Shown in pieces: positions 9,361 through 19,193 of a DNA stretch of 64,000 nt. The DNA is from Dehalococcoidia bacterium. Its GTDB lineage: Bacteria; Chloroflexota; Dehalococcoidia; Lucifugimonadales; UBA3495. Location of the stretch: positions 463,150-527,149 of the forward strand of contig CBDHEF010000001.1 of NCBI GenBank assembly GCA_965261945.1. The letters are read 5' to 3'. The notes under the pieces are model-generated. The model was not told the DNA's origin, searched no databases, and saw only the letters and a list, made by a program, of their open reading frames with translations. The position numbers were made by a program, and so were the translations under genes. Every line of letters begins with the position of its first letter. Within the stretch, counting starts at the first letter, position 1.

Positions 9361-10767
9361 TGCTACAGTCGCAGATTAGAAAGTCGCCGTTTGTAGCGGC
9401 AACGTCGGGCTCGGGCTTAGTGGCGGCGTCTCCACCACGACCAGTACAGGATGAAATCAGGCGGTTGGTTCTCTGTCCATATAAGGCGGGTCAGCAACCG
9501 GCGCACCTCCGGCGCTGTCATGGGAATCAGCTGTTCGTCCGGGCCGTAGCAGCCCCCCCTTCCCCTTGTTCCATCGCCTGATGCTTGATCACGGACAGAT
9601 ACGCGTGGGCCAGCATCGCCAGGGTGATGTGCCGGTGCCAGCCGTCCCACCTCCGCACCTCGTACTGGTCCAGCCCCACCTGTCCCTTGGCCTCCTCGAA
9701 GCATTCCTCTATGGCCCACCGGGTCCCGGCCACCCTCGCCAGTTCCCCCAGGGACGTTCCCGCCGGGCCGTAACAGACGTAGCAGGCCAGTTCCCCGGGG
9801 TTGGCCAGACTGCGCCGGGCCAACAGCCAATAGCCCTTGCCAGGCTCCCTCAGGGGACGTATATCCACCGCGGCCCAGTCGTATACCCGTGGTCCCTTGG
9901 CTCCGTCCCCGGCGCTGCATCTCACCCAGGCGCATTCCTCAACCCCGGACGCCAGCCGGTCAGCCCTCACCTGACGCGGCCCCCTGTCAGTCAAAGCCCA
10001 CAGCTTCTCGCTGCGCTTGATGGCCAGCACGTGGGGAACGCCCTCTCGCTCCAGCCACAGCCGCAGGTTGCGGTCGTTGCCGTACACCTCATCCCCGGCC
10101 ACCCAGGCGAAGGGGATTCCCGACTCCAGCGCCCGCTCCAGCATCAGCTGCGCCAGTCGGGGCTTGGTCCGAAAGCCGACATTCGCAGGCACTCCGGCCT
10201 CCCGCCGGCGCTCCCGGTCCTCCGCCCACACTTGGGGCAGGTACAATTCCCGGTCCAGCAGAGTCCTGCCATTGACACTGGCATAGGCCAGAAATACTCC
10301 TGCCTGACAGTTCTCGATCCGGCCTGCCGTGCCGCTGTACTGCTGCTGCACCCCAACCGACTTGTCCCCTTTCTTGAGGAATCCGGTCTCGTCCACCGCC
10401 AGAACTGCGCCAGCGTCGGCCAGATGCTCGGCCACGTAGGATTCAAGTTATCGCGAACCAGGTCCGCGTCTCACCGGGAGTTGTACAGCAGGCGCTGCAC
10501 CCCATCGGGAGTGGCGTCGCCCGCCTGCTCCGCCAGTTGCCAGCCGTTCTTCCGCTCCACGAGGCTCAGCAATCCTCGCAGGTAGTCCAGAACCCGTCGG
10601 CGCGGCTCGGGACGCCGGAACCTCCCCGCGATGCACTCATGTACCCGGTCGATGCCCTCGGCCCACCGGGCCACCTCCGCCACCTCATCCCTGTGCCCTG
10701 CCACAGCCTCACCTCACCACCCGTTGATTGCCCCAATTCCAGCCGTTTTCAATCTGCGACTGTAGTA
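9361..10767 (-). mobile_element. IS701-family insertion sequence (inactive copy)
   Basis: Terminal inverted repeats ctacagtcgcagatt (9363-9377) and aatctgcgactgtag (10751-10765). TTAG occurs on both outer flanks (9357-9360 and 10768-10771), a possible 4-bp target duplication. The element encloses the transposase pseudogene. Confidence 0.8.
9527..10704 (-). pseudogene. IS701-family DDE transposase, interrupted
   Basis: The N-part ORF 10471..10704 (...ERKNGWQLAEQAGDATPDGVQRLLYNSR) ends at a TGA where homologues have Trp (..SRW DADLVRD..). A 1-nt frame change follows, before YVAEHLADAGAVLAVDETGFLKKGDKSVGVQQQYSGTAGRIENCQ (ORF 9527..10435). Confidence 0.85.
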
Positions 10768-10809
10768 TTAGCCCAGCCCCATGCACCACACCGGAGAGAA
10801 CCAACCCGG

Positions 10810-11270
10810 ATGTACGCTCTCACCATCTCCCAGCCATGGACCTCCCTTATCGCCCACGGCCTGAAGACCACCATCACCCGGCCCGGCCCGGCCCCGGCCG
10901 CGCCAAGGGCGAGGTCATAGCCATCCACGCCGCCGCCGACCCGGCCCCGCTCCCGGACGCAATCCGCGACCTCCTCCCAGACCCGGAACGCTTCGACCAC
11001 CCGCCCTCCGGTGCGGTGCTGGCAATCGCAACTCTCAAAGATTCGGTCCCCACCGACCGCAGATGGCCGGGCTCCCTGGAACAGATGCTGGACGATTTCA
11101 CGTTCGGCCGCCACTCCTGGCGCCTGACCGACGTCCAGCCCCTCACCGTCCCGCTCCCCTGCACCGGCCACGCCGGCCTCTGGACGCTGCCCCGCCACCT
11201 CTACATGGCGATAATGACCCTTCTCGGTCCCACCGCGACCCTCGACCCGCACGAACCACAGAAACTCTGA
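10810..11270 (+). pseudogene. ASCH-domain protein, frameshifted
   Basis: MYALTISQPWTSLIAHGLKTTITRPGP (frame of ORF 10537..10920) continues as GRAKGEVIAIHAAA...GDFTFGRHSWRLTDVQPL..P..GHAGLW in ORF 10728..11270. The break lies in (cccgg)x3 at 10877-10891. Removing one 5-bp unit restores a single frame. Confidence 0.6.
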
Positions 11271-11296
11271 CTCATCCCCACCACACGGAACTGAAA

Positions 11297-11953
11297 ATGA
11301 ACGATGAAAGGCAGGACATAACCAGCATAGACCAGATGGACGGCTGGCCCGCAACACCCGGCGCCCACCGGTTCAAGCGCGCCGCCCAGTTCTTCTCCGA
11401 GCTCGATGTCCACATCCTCGACGAACCGAGGCCCGAAACCGGCGACCCCGGCCTCGCCCACGACACGGAGATGGTCGAGCTCACCTACTCCGCCATGCTC
11501 TTTGACTCGACCGAGGTCATGCAGAACCTGCCCCCGGACATCCAGGAGGGCATGGACCACCTCACAGGCGTCCTCGAGTCCCTGGACACGAACCTCACCT
11601 TCGCCGGCTGCATATTCGACACCGACGACGAGGTCCCGGGCATGGTCTACCCATGCGCCATTGCCATCCTGTCCCGCGACCCCGACTGGATGGGGGTCTC
11701 AACCCTCCTGCCACTCCTGAAGGACAAGCGCATCATCCTCTGGGAGTCCCCAGACCACCCGGGCCAGCTGGGCCCATTCCTGGCCCTCGCAGGCCCAACC
11801 ACCACCAATCCCCGTCCAGTCCTCCCACCGCCGCCGGGCCGGCCGCACTATTCGCAACCGTGGCGCGCCTGGCACGCCGCCGCCTCCTGCGAGTGGCGCC
11901 CGACCTCCACCAACAGTGCCCTCATGCAGAGCATCCAGAACATACTGCCCTGA
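11297..11953 (+). CDS. hypothetical protein (island gene)
   Basis: Inner ATG 11297 (MNDERQDITSIDQMDGW...) of ORF 11063..11953. The composition is acidic and non-repetitive, unlike the Pro/Arg-rich upstream part. No family recognised. Confidence 0.45.
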   Translation: MNDERQDITSIDQMDGWPATPGAHRFKRAAQFFSELDVHILDEPRPETGDPGLAHDTEMVELTYSAMLFDSTEVMQNLPPDIQEGMDHLTGVLESLDTNLTFAGCIFDTDDEVPGMVYPCAIAILSRDPDWMGVSTLLPLLKDKRIILWESPDHPGQLGPFLALAGPTTTNPRPVLPPPPGRPHYSQPWRAWHAAASCEWRPTSTNSALMQSIQNILP

Positions 11954-12000
11954 CCTCCCCCACTCCATCCATCCAACACGAGGAGCGCCACAACCCCACC

Positions 12001-12760
12001 GTGAAAACGAAAATTGACATCACAGTCCTGTCCCTAGGCGCCGGTATCCAGTCCTCGGCCATGGCGCTGCTCATAGACCGCAGCCTCCTCCCAGGCATAC
12101 CCATCCCGGACTACGGCCTGTTTGCCGATACCTTTGCCGAGCCCCAACACGTCTACGACACCGTCGAATGGCTCCGCACCCTCCTCTCCTTCCCGATCCA
12201 CACCTGTAGCTTCGGTGACCTCGGGAAGAACACCTGGAAGGCGATCACGGCCATGCCCGTACCCGAGCGCGGCCACAGCCAGGCCGGTTACATCGACCTC
12301 CCCGTCTTCTCCGAATCAGGAATGGGACGCCGCCAATGTACCAGTCACTATAAAGTTAAACCCATCAAGAGGGAGATACGCTGCCTCGCCGGTTCCGCCC
12401 CACCCGCACTCACCGCCACCCAGTACCTGGGCATATCCACCAACGAAACCAGGCGGGCCAAACCCTCCAAGGACCGCTGGATCACCAACCGCTTGCCGCT
12501 CATCGAACACGGCTGGAGCCGCCAGCAGCTCTCCAACTGGCTCGACGCCGAATACCCGGGCCACCCCGTCTCCCGCTCGGCATATCTTTTTGTCCGTTCC
12601 ATTCCCAAGCCGATTGGAATGAACTGAAAACCCGCTATCCCGCGCTCTACGCCGACGCCCTGGCCATGGACCGTCAGATGGCCGAACACCCCCGCGGCCC
12701 CTGGCGACTCCGCGCCGGAGGCCTCGACCGCTTCGACCAGAAGACCGAACTCCAGCCCCC
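12001..12760 (+). pseudogene. PAPS-reductase-like (PP-loop) protein of phage/plasmid type, frameshifted near the 3' end
   Basis: GTG 12001: VKTKIDITVLSLGAGIQSSAMALL (SxGxxxS PP-loop-like), ...CTSHYKVKPIKR..., ...YLGISTNETRRAK. At the T5 run 12587-12591 the frame slips: SRSAYLF then CPFHSQADWNELKTRYPALY continues in the next frame. The 3' end is undefined because no in-frame stop is nearby. Confidence 0.6.
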
Positions 12761-12849
12761 TCCTCTTCACTACCTAACCCGCAATCCCAGGCCAACCCCG
12801 AACCCCCATAATCCCGACAACACCCACACAGCAAGCCGGAGAGGCAGAC

Positions 12850-13278
12850 ATGCCAAGACGAGACGACATCTCCCTCATCGAATCCCTCCTCTACAACATG
12901 ACCTCCGTCTGGCCCCTCCGCTCCGGCACCCTCCGCATACACCTTCCCGCCCACGACCCGCTGGGAGACCCGGCCCCCATCCACGTCACCCGTACCGGCG
13001 ACGACGCACTCACCGTCGACGGCGGCGGCGCCGTCGCAGGTATGCTCTTCTCATCAGACACCGACGCCCCCGCCACCCCCCAGAGAGAACTCCTCGACCG
13101 CCTAGCCGCCTGCGGCGCCGCAATCAATTTCGACGACGGCGCCATCGAGATCCACACCGACCAGCCCGGCCTCGGACTCGCCATCCTGAACATGCTGGCC
13201 CTCAGCATCACCATGCTCACCGCGTCCCCGCACCTGCCCCAGAGTCCAAAACAAGATGCAGACCAACACGGAGAATGA
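12850..13278 (+). CDS. hypothetical protein (island gene)
   Basis: 142-aa ORF with SD-like GGAGAGG 6 nt upstream of the ATG. Composition is balanced, in contrast to the overlapping Arg/Pro-rich frame. The stop overlaps the next start (ATGA at 13275-13278). Confidence 0.55.
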   Translation: MPRRDDISLIESLLYNMTSVWPLRSGTLRIHLPAHDPLGDPAPIHVTRTGDDALTVDGGGAVAGMLFSSDTDAPATPQRELLDRLAACGAAINFDDGAIEIHTDQPGLGLAILNMLALSITMLTASPHLPQSPKQDADQHGE

Positions 13279-14273
13279 CCATCATGTTGCATCAGACCAC
13301 CTACATCATCACAGCCGAAACCACCCCCTTCCCCGCACAGCCAAGCCAGCACCAGCTCGATCTCGCCGCCGCCCAGGCGCGGCAGATCGCCCTCCAGGTC
13401 GTCGCCAATATGCCAGACGATCACCCCGCCTATCCCGAGACCCTGTCCCTCGGCGGCCGCTCCTACCGCTTCATCCAGGGCAACCTGAATACCAATCACG
13501 AGGTCTTCGCCGGCAAGCCCCCAGCCCACTGGCCACAGATGTCCATCCAGTTCTGGAGCCAGAACATCGGCGCCGCCAAGACCGAGCCCGTCCCCGACGA
13601 AGTCCTCCATAACTGCTGGAACCACACCGACAGCCTGATCACCCTGGCCCTGGAGCACCACGACACCCACCGGCTCCGCCCCTACCCCCAGATGATCATC
13701 ACCCCCGCCGACGACTGTCAGCACCACATGGGCTACCCCGACACGGACGTCTTCGACGACCCGGCCCCCGGGGGCACCGTCGCCCTCTACCTGAAAGGCG
13801 ACCCCGCAACCTCCCATCACCGGGCCATACAAGCACTCCGGGACATCGACGCCGCCTTCTTCCGCCGCGACTACCTCCAGACCCTGGCCTCCTTCCCCGG
13901 CCACATAGTCATGGAGATGGACTGGAATCTGCAGCAACACACAAAAGCACAAACCCTTCCAGGAGTCACCCAGTTGCCCTCCCGAAAAAACATATCAAAC
14001 CCGGACCGCCCCCTGAGCTACCCCGAGTTCCTCGAATGGAAACGCCAGTCCCTCACCGACAAGGGCGAACCCCTGCCCTTCCTCACGGAACAGCCACGCC
14101 CCTGGACCCACGGCGCCTGCGCCCACTGCGGGCAACCCCTGCCGAAAACGGCCCCCGCCTGCGCCACCTGCAACAACCGCCTCTGCACCGGCTGCAACCG
14201 CACCCACACCTCCACGTCCCGCTTCGTCACAGACCGGTTCCGCTGCCCGGTCCAACGGTTCATTACCAATTGA
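13275..14273 (+). CDS. hypothetical protein with C-terminal Cys-rich (zinc-ribbon-like) tail
   Basis: Inner ATG 13275 (MTIMLHQTTYIITAE...) of ORF 12666..14273. The C-terminus reads HGACAHCGQPLPKTAPACATCNNRLCTGCNRTH. It is translationally coupled to the previous ORF. Confidence 0.55.
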   Translation: MTIMLHQTTYIITAETTPFPAQPSQHQLDLAAAQARQIALQVVANMPDDHPAYPETLSLGGRSYRFIQGNLNTNHEVFAGKPPAHWPQMSIQFWSQNIGAAKTEPVPDEVLHNCWNHTDSLITLALEHHDTHRLRPYPQMIITPADDCQHHMGYPDTDVFDDPAPGGTVALYLKGDPATSHHRAIQALRDIDAAFFRRDYLQTLASFPGHIVMEMDWNLQQHTKAQTLPGVTQLPSRKNISNPDRPLSYPEFLEWKRQSLTDKGEPLPFLTEQPRPWTHGACAHCGQPLPKTAPACATCNNRLCTGCNRTHTSTSRFVTDRFRCPVQRFITN

Positions 14274-14298
14274 GAACACCCCCACGGAGGACCCGGCA

Positions 14299-15665
14299 AT
14301 GCCCACCCGCGCCGACACATTCAGGGACACCGCCCGGCAGGCCCTCCACAACCGGTCCCAGGACGTTCTGAAAGCCTGGCTGCGGGACCTGCCGCACACC
14401 CACCGGCTCCACCATCTCCTTCGAGATCCCGAATGTCCCTGCCCGCAGCTTCGAGGACGCCGCCAACTACCACCCATTGCCCATCTCCCTGAACGGCGAA
14501 CAGCTCCCCCGGCACAAATTTCTCAACACCTCCCACGCCGTCCGCAACTGGCGCGGCCTCCGCATCGCCGTCGGCCACGGCCACCGCTCCCGGCTGAACT
14601 TCCACGGCGTCGTCGCCACCTCCCAGGAACTGCCCGTGGTCCATGCCCTCACCTCGCTGCTCAGCACCGACATCGACGTCGGCGACTGCCCCGAGCTCCA
14701 GCTCACTCTCCCCGCCCGCAAGAACATCGTCCAGACCCCCTTCTTCGAAGAGATCAAGGACGCCTGCCTCCAGTTCATATACGAGGCCATCCGCGACGCA
14801 CCCCAGCCCATAGACGTGCCTCACTCCGTCCAGCAGGACGCGCCTCAGGTTCGGGGTCGTCCTCCCGGACGCACAGCCCCTGCTCAAGGCCTGGACCCCA
14901 GAGACCGGCAACTCCATGGACGACAACCATATCCGCGACCGGAGCCAGGTCACCCCGGCCTCGATCCTCATCGACGCCGAGCTCCCGCCCGCGGACCAGC
15001 AAGCCCTCTCCCGCGCCGCCGGACGCGCCGGCATCGCCGACCAGCTCATGCAGGCTGACCCCAATCTCCGGGGCTATCCCTGGTACGACTCGCTCACCCG
15101 CGTATCCGACATCACCATCACCATCTCCGCCGACGGCCGGAACCACAACCTCCAGCGCCGCCGGGACGCCAAGGAGCCCTTCGCCGCCCCCCGGCCGGAC
15201 CGGCTCACCATCGAGCTGCACACCCTCAACACATCAACCAAGCCGCCCCGCATCTCCCTCCCCGCCGACGTGGTGTTCTTCAACGAGGACGAGGACCACA
15301 TGGACCACAACCTCCCCCTGGTCACCAAGAGCAGCACCATCGCCCCCGCCGACCTGTCCGATCTCCTCTACGACGCCTTCTTCGACCCCTCCGACGACCC
15401 CGAGGCCAACAGCCACGACACCCAGTCCCAGGACCACCGCGACGCCAACTACGCCATCGCAGTCGGCCTCCTGCACTCCCCCGAGGAGTCCCTGCGCTCC
15501 GCCATCGAGGACGCCGTCCACCGCCACGTCGCCTACCGCCTCCCACACTCCTTCAACGCCGAGATCTCCATCGCGCGACACCCCCTCCACCACACACGCA
15601 CCGTGTCCGTCCTCCTCAGCCCGGCCCCCGACCGGCACGACACCACGAAAGACACCGCGGACTGA
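14299..15665 (+). pseudogene. hypothetical protein spread over three frames
   Basis: MPTRADTFRDTARQALHNRSQDVLKAWLRDLP (frame 1) is followed by RTPTGSTISFEIPNVPARSFEDAANYHPLPISLNGEQLPRHKFL...VPHSVQQDA (ORF 14477 frame). Then comes RLRFGVVLPDAQPLLKAWTPETGNSMDDNHIRD...(ORF 14916..15665). Breaks lie near 14400 and 14840. No family assigned. Confidence 0.45.
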
Positions 15666-15724
15666 CCGGCAACCCCGTTTCCAATGCCGGTTCGACACCC
15701 ACCCACCACCCAGGAGAGAAACGA

Positions 15725-16499
15725 GTGAACTTCATGATGCAGGCCACCGACAGACAGGTCTCCATAGTCGAAAACATCATCGGCAAACGCCTGACACCCA
15801 TCTCCATCAGCGGGTCCGGCTCCGTGGCCAACCACGACCACGGCCCCGCGGTACTGTCCCAACTCCGTGAGGACATCTCCCACACCACCGGCGTCACCGC
15901 CGATTCCATGACCAGATGGCAGGATCTCGACCGACAGGCCCAGAACGAGATAGCCCTGATCACAGCCGACTCCGCCCCGTGGGCCATGTACAAGCGCATT
16001 CACGACTCCGCCGCCGAGGACCTCTCCCCCGAGACCTACCAGAAGATCCTCGGCCCCCGCGGCCAGTGCCCCCCACCCCGGCCCGGAATCACCGGAACAC
16101 CAATCAGAAGGAAACACAATAACCACAAACAGAGAAACCCCGGCCTACCCCCAGGAGGACCTGGACGAGCTGCTCAAGCTCAGCCACGAGAACTCTTACC
16201 GCACCTACAGCATCTGCTCCAGGTTCGCCTCCGACATACGGGACGCCGTCGCCGCCCGCCGCGACCACACGGGCGTCGCCTTCCAGTGGCACAGCCACCT
16301 CGGACCCAGCGCCGAGGGCGCATCCTTCGGAAACGGCTGGGACGACTACCTCGGAGACCTCCGCCAGAAGGCCCAGAACGCCGTAGACCGGGCCGAAGCC
16401 GCCGACGGTCACGACCGCTACGAGCTGTTCCCCATCGCCAGACTCCACATCAACCTCTACCACGCCGCCGCCGCTCACCGCCTCGCCATCGAGCCCTGA
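15725..16499 (+). pseudogene. hypothetical protein, probably frameshifted
   Basis: The plausible N-part MNFMMQATDRQVSIVENIIGKRL...SPETYQKILGPRG becomes Arg/Pro-rich after ~16050. A start-less frame then reads ...PQEDLDELLKLSHENSYRTYSICSRFASDIRDAV...LYHAAAAHRLAIEP and stops at 16497-16499. C-rich runs at 16050-16080 are the likely slip site. Confidence 0.4.
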
Positions 16500-16687
16500 T
16501 TCCACAGGCAACCCAACCCGAATTGCGGCGGCTGCGGGAACAACTCCGCCGGGAAGCGCCGGAATAGCCAACAAACCGGGCCAACTCTCTTTTGTCCGGT
16601 TCGTGATTTACCTGTGTGAACTCCGTAACCAATTTTTCGGATATGCAATAATACTGTCTGCGACCAGATGGCTATTGGGAGGGTGAG

Positions 16688-17404
16688 ATGGCTTCTTTTT
16701 GGGAAACGATACTGGTGGAAGGCGAGGATATGCACGTCTATGCCAGCGTCCCCAGCGGCAGGGGTGGCGGGCCATTCCCGGCGGTGATTGTCAGCCAGCA
16801 CGGGGGCGGCGTGGACCAGTTCATCCGTGACATGGCCGACAACCTGGCCGCTGCCGGTTTCGCCGCCGTTGCGCCTAACCTGTTCCACCGCTTTACCGAG
16901 GAGCAACTGGACAACCGCACGGGACGCATCCAGCACCTGAGTGACCCGGAAATCGTCACCGACATAAACGCCACGGTGGACTGGCTCCGGGCGCATCCGG
17001 CCATCCAGGGCGACAACATCGGCATCACCGGCTTCTGCATGGGCGGTCGCGTAGCCTGGCTGGGAGCGGCCACCAACCGCCACATCAAGGCCTGCATACC
17101 CTACTACGGCGGCAACCTTTTCGTGCCCTGGGGCGCCGGCGAAAATACGCCATTCCAGTTGGCAGCGGGCATAAGTTGCCCCGTGCTGTTCCACTTCGGC
17201 GAAATCGACGAGAACCCGTCGCCGGCAGACCAGGAAAGGCTGGACGCAGAGTTGTCGCGGCTGGGAGTGGCGCACGAGTTCCACACCTACCCCGGCGCCG
17301 ACCACGCCTTTATGGACTATACCGGGCTGCGCCACCAACAGGAAGCGTCAGAAGCATCCTGGCCCCGAACCGTGGAATTCTTCACGGCGCATCTTATGGG
17401 GTAG
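16688..17404 (+). CDS. dienelactone hydrolase family protein
   Basis: GFCMGGR nucleophile motif and C-terminal YPGADHAF. SD GGGAGGGTGAG lies directly upstream of the ATG. Confidence 0.85.
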   Translation: MASFWETILVEGEDMHVYASVPSGRGGGPFPAVIVSQHGGGVDQFIRDMADNLAAAGFAAVAPNLFHRFTEEQLDNRTGRIQHLSDPEIVTDINATVDWLRAHPAIQGDNIGITGFCMGGRVAWLGAATNRHIKACIPYYGGNLFVPWGAGENTPFQLAAGISCPVLFHFGEIDENPSPADQERLDAELSRLGVAHEFHTYPGADHAFMDYTGLRHQQEASEASWPRTVEFFTAHLMG

Positions 17405-17462
17405 TCCTTCGGTTCCCTTCCTTGAGCAGTAAACTGACGAATGCAATGCAATAGGAGCGACT

Positions 17463-19007
17463 GTGAAATACGACTATGTCATCCTGGGCGCCGGATCCGC
17501 CGGATGTACGCTGGCCAGCCGCCTGTCGGAAGACCCGACCAAGAGTGTGCTGCTGCTGGAAGCGGGGCCGGACTACCCGGAATTCGAGATATATCCCGAC
17601 GACCTGAAGTTCGGTTACGACCAGACGGCCTCGGCCATCGACGCGCCGCACAACTGGTCCTTCCAGGGCAATACCACGGCGTTGCAGACCGAGCCGATGC
17701 CAGTGCCCCGCGGGCGGGTGGTCGGCGGCTCCAGCGCCATCAACGGCCAGGTGCTGTTGCGCGGCGTGCCCGAGGACTATGACGCCTGGGCCGCACTGGG
17801 CAACGACCAATGGGGGTTCACCAGCGTTTTGCCCTACCTGCGTAGGCTGGAAAGCGACATGGACTTCGGCGCCGACGACTTCCACAACTCCGAAGGTTTC
17901 ATCCCGGTGCGCCGTTTCGCGAAGGAGACCTGGCTGCCAGCGCAGCAGGCATTTTACAACGCCGCCCGCACCGCCGGGTTCCCCGACGATCCCGACATGA
18001 ATCACCCCGAGTCGGGCGGCGTCGGCCCCATCCCCATGAACAACCCCAACGGTGTGCGGATGAGCACCTCTCTGACCTTCCTCAGCGCCGCCCGGCACCG
18101 CCTAAACCTGACGGTCAAGGCCAACGTAACCGTGCATCGAGTGCTGTTCGAGGGCAACAAAGCCGTCGGCGCAGAGGTGGAGAGCGGCGACGAGAGGTTT
18201 ACCGTCGAAGGCGATCAGATTATTCTCAGCTCCGGGGCAATCGCGTCGCCGCAGATTCTGATGCTGTCGGGCGTGGGGCCTGCCGGAATCCTGAACGGCC
18301 TGGGCATCCCGGTAGTCCTCGAAGCGCCCGGCGTGGGGCAGAACCTGCGCGACCATCCCAACATCCGCGTTCCCATCGAGGTCAAGGAAGACTTCCCCTT
18401 GGACCCGAAGGACCCGCGCACCCAGGTGGCGTTGCGCTACACCGCCACCGGCTCCGACCTGCGCAACGACATCCAGATTATCGCATCGTCCTTCTCATCG
18501 CCCATCTCCGGCGACCCACTGGAGGCCGAGGGCATCCGCTTCACCGCCATTCTGGAGTTGGCCTACGGCAAGGGCCACATGAGGATTACCTCAACCGACC
18601 CCAACGTCCAGCCCGAGCTCAACTACAACTACTTCGCAGACGACTCCCGCGACCTGGCCCGGATGCGCGAGGCAGTGCGGCTGTGCGTGTCGTTCCTGGA
18701 CCACCCGGACTACGCCGACATCGTCAAGGGGCTGATAGAGCCGACCCCGGCCGACCTTGAGTCGGACGATGCCCTGGACAACTGGCTGATGCGCACCGTG
18801 TCAACCTCGCAGCACATCTCCGGCACCTGCAAGATGGGCACGGACAACGACCCGCTGGCGGTGGTGGACCAGCAATGCCGCGTCAAGGGGCTGGAAAACC
18901 TGCGGGTCATCGACGCCTCCGTGATGCCCGACTGCATCCGCGCCAACACCAACTGCACCACCATAATGATTGCCGAGCGGATGGCGGACATCATCAAAGG
19001 TGAGTAA
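17463..19007 (+). CDS. GMC-family (choline dehydrogenase-like) FAD oxidoreductase
   Basis: GTG start. YDYVILGAGSAGCTLASRLSED FAD-binding motif, GGSSAINGQV, and C-terminal HISGTCKMG...VIDASVMP. Confidence 0.9.
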   Translation: MKYDYVILGAGSAGCTLASRLSEDPTKSVLLLEAGPDYPEFEIYPDDLKFGYDQTASAIDAPHNWSFQGNTTALQTEPMPVPRGRVVGGSSAINGQVLLRGVPEDYDAWAALGNDQWGFTSVLPYLRRLESDMDFGADDFHNSEGFIPVRRFAKETWLPAQQAFYNAARTAGFPDDPDMNHPESGGVGPIPMNNPNGVRMSTSLTFLSAARHRLNLTVKANVTVHRVLFEGNKAVGAEVESGDERFTVEGDQIILSSGAIASPQILMLSGVGPAGILNGLGIPVVLEAPGVGQNLRDHPNIRVPIEVKEDFPLDPKDPRTQVALRYTATGSDLRNDIQIIASSFSSPISGDPLEAEGIRFTAILELAYGKGHMRITSTDPNVQPELNYNYFADDSRDLARMREAVRLCVSFLDHPDYADIVKGLIEPTPADLESDDALDNWLMRTVSTSQHISGTCKMGTDNDPLAVVDQQCRVKGLENLRVIDASVMPDCIRANTNCTTIMIAERMADIIKGE

Positions 19008-19046
19008 CAGCCGTTTCCCCCTCCTTTCCACAGGGGATTAGTCAAG

Positions 19047-19082
19047 TCCCCTCTCCCGCAGGGAGAGGGTTAGGGTGAGGGC
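19047..19082 (+). repeat. REP-like hairpin + G-rich tail (family A)
   Basis: tcccctctcccgcagggagagggttagggtgagggc. Confidence 0.8.
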
Positions 19083-19117
19083 AGCTCCCTCACCTCAAAC
19101 CCGGCCCTGTTGTTTAG

Positions 19118-19153
19118 CCCCCTCCTTTGTTAAAGTGGAAAGGAGGGGGTTTT
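19118..19153 (+). terminator. candidate intrinsic terminator / family-B hairpin
   Basis: ccccctccttt (19118-19128) pairs with aaaggaggggg (19139-19149), with a 10-nt loop, followed by TTTT. It lies downstream of the GMC oxidoreductase gene. Confidence 0.5.
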
Positions 19154-19193
19154 CATATCGCACATCCCCCGGTCCCTTGAGGAGGTGGCATCA

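Noticed and set aside
12666-13274. N-terminal ~200 aa of the 535-aa ORF 12666..14273
   Set aside because: The composition is extremely Arg/Pro/His-rich (RRRRRRRRRY, PRPPSRLRRRNQFRRRRHRD), and it overlaps a better-looking ORF (12850..13278) in another frame. Only the part from ATG 13275 was accepted.
14299-15870. 523-aa ORF read as one protein
   Set aside because: After the first ~35 codons it becomes a Pro/Ser/Thr/Arg-rich off-frame read of sequence that is better explained by ORFs 14477..15058 and 14916..15665.
16475-17338. 287-aa minus-strand ORF opposite the dienelactone hydrolase gene
   Set aside because: It is antisense to a motif-supported CDS; a shadow ORF.
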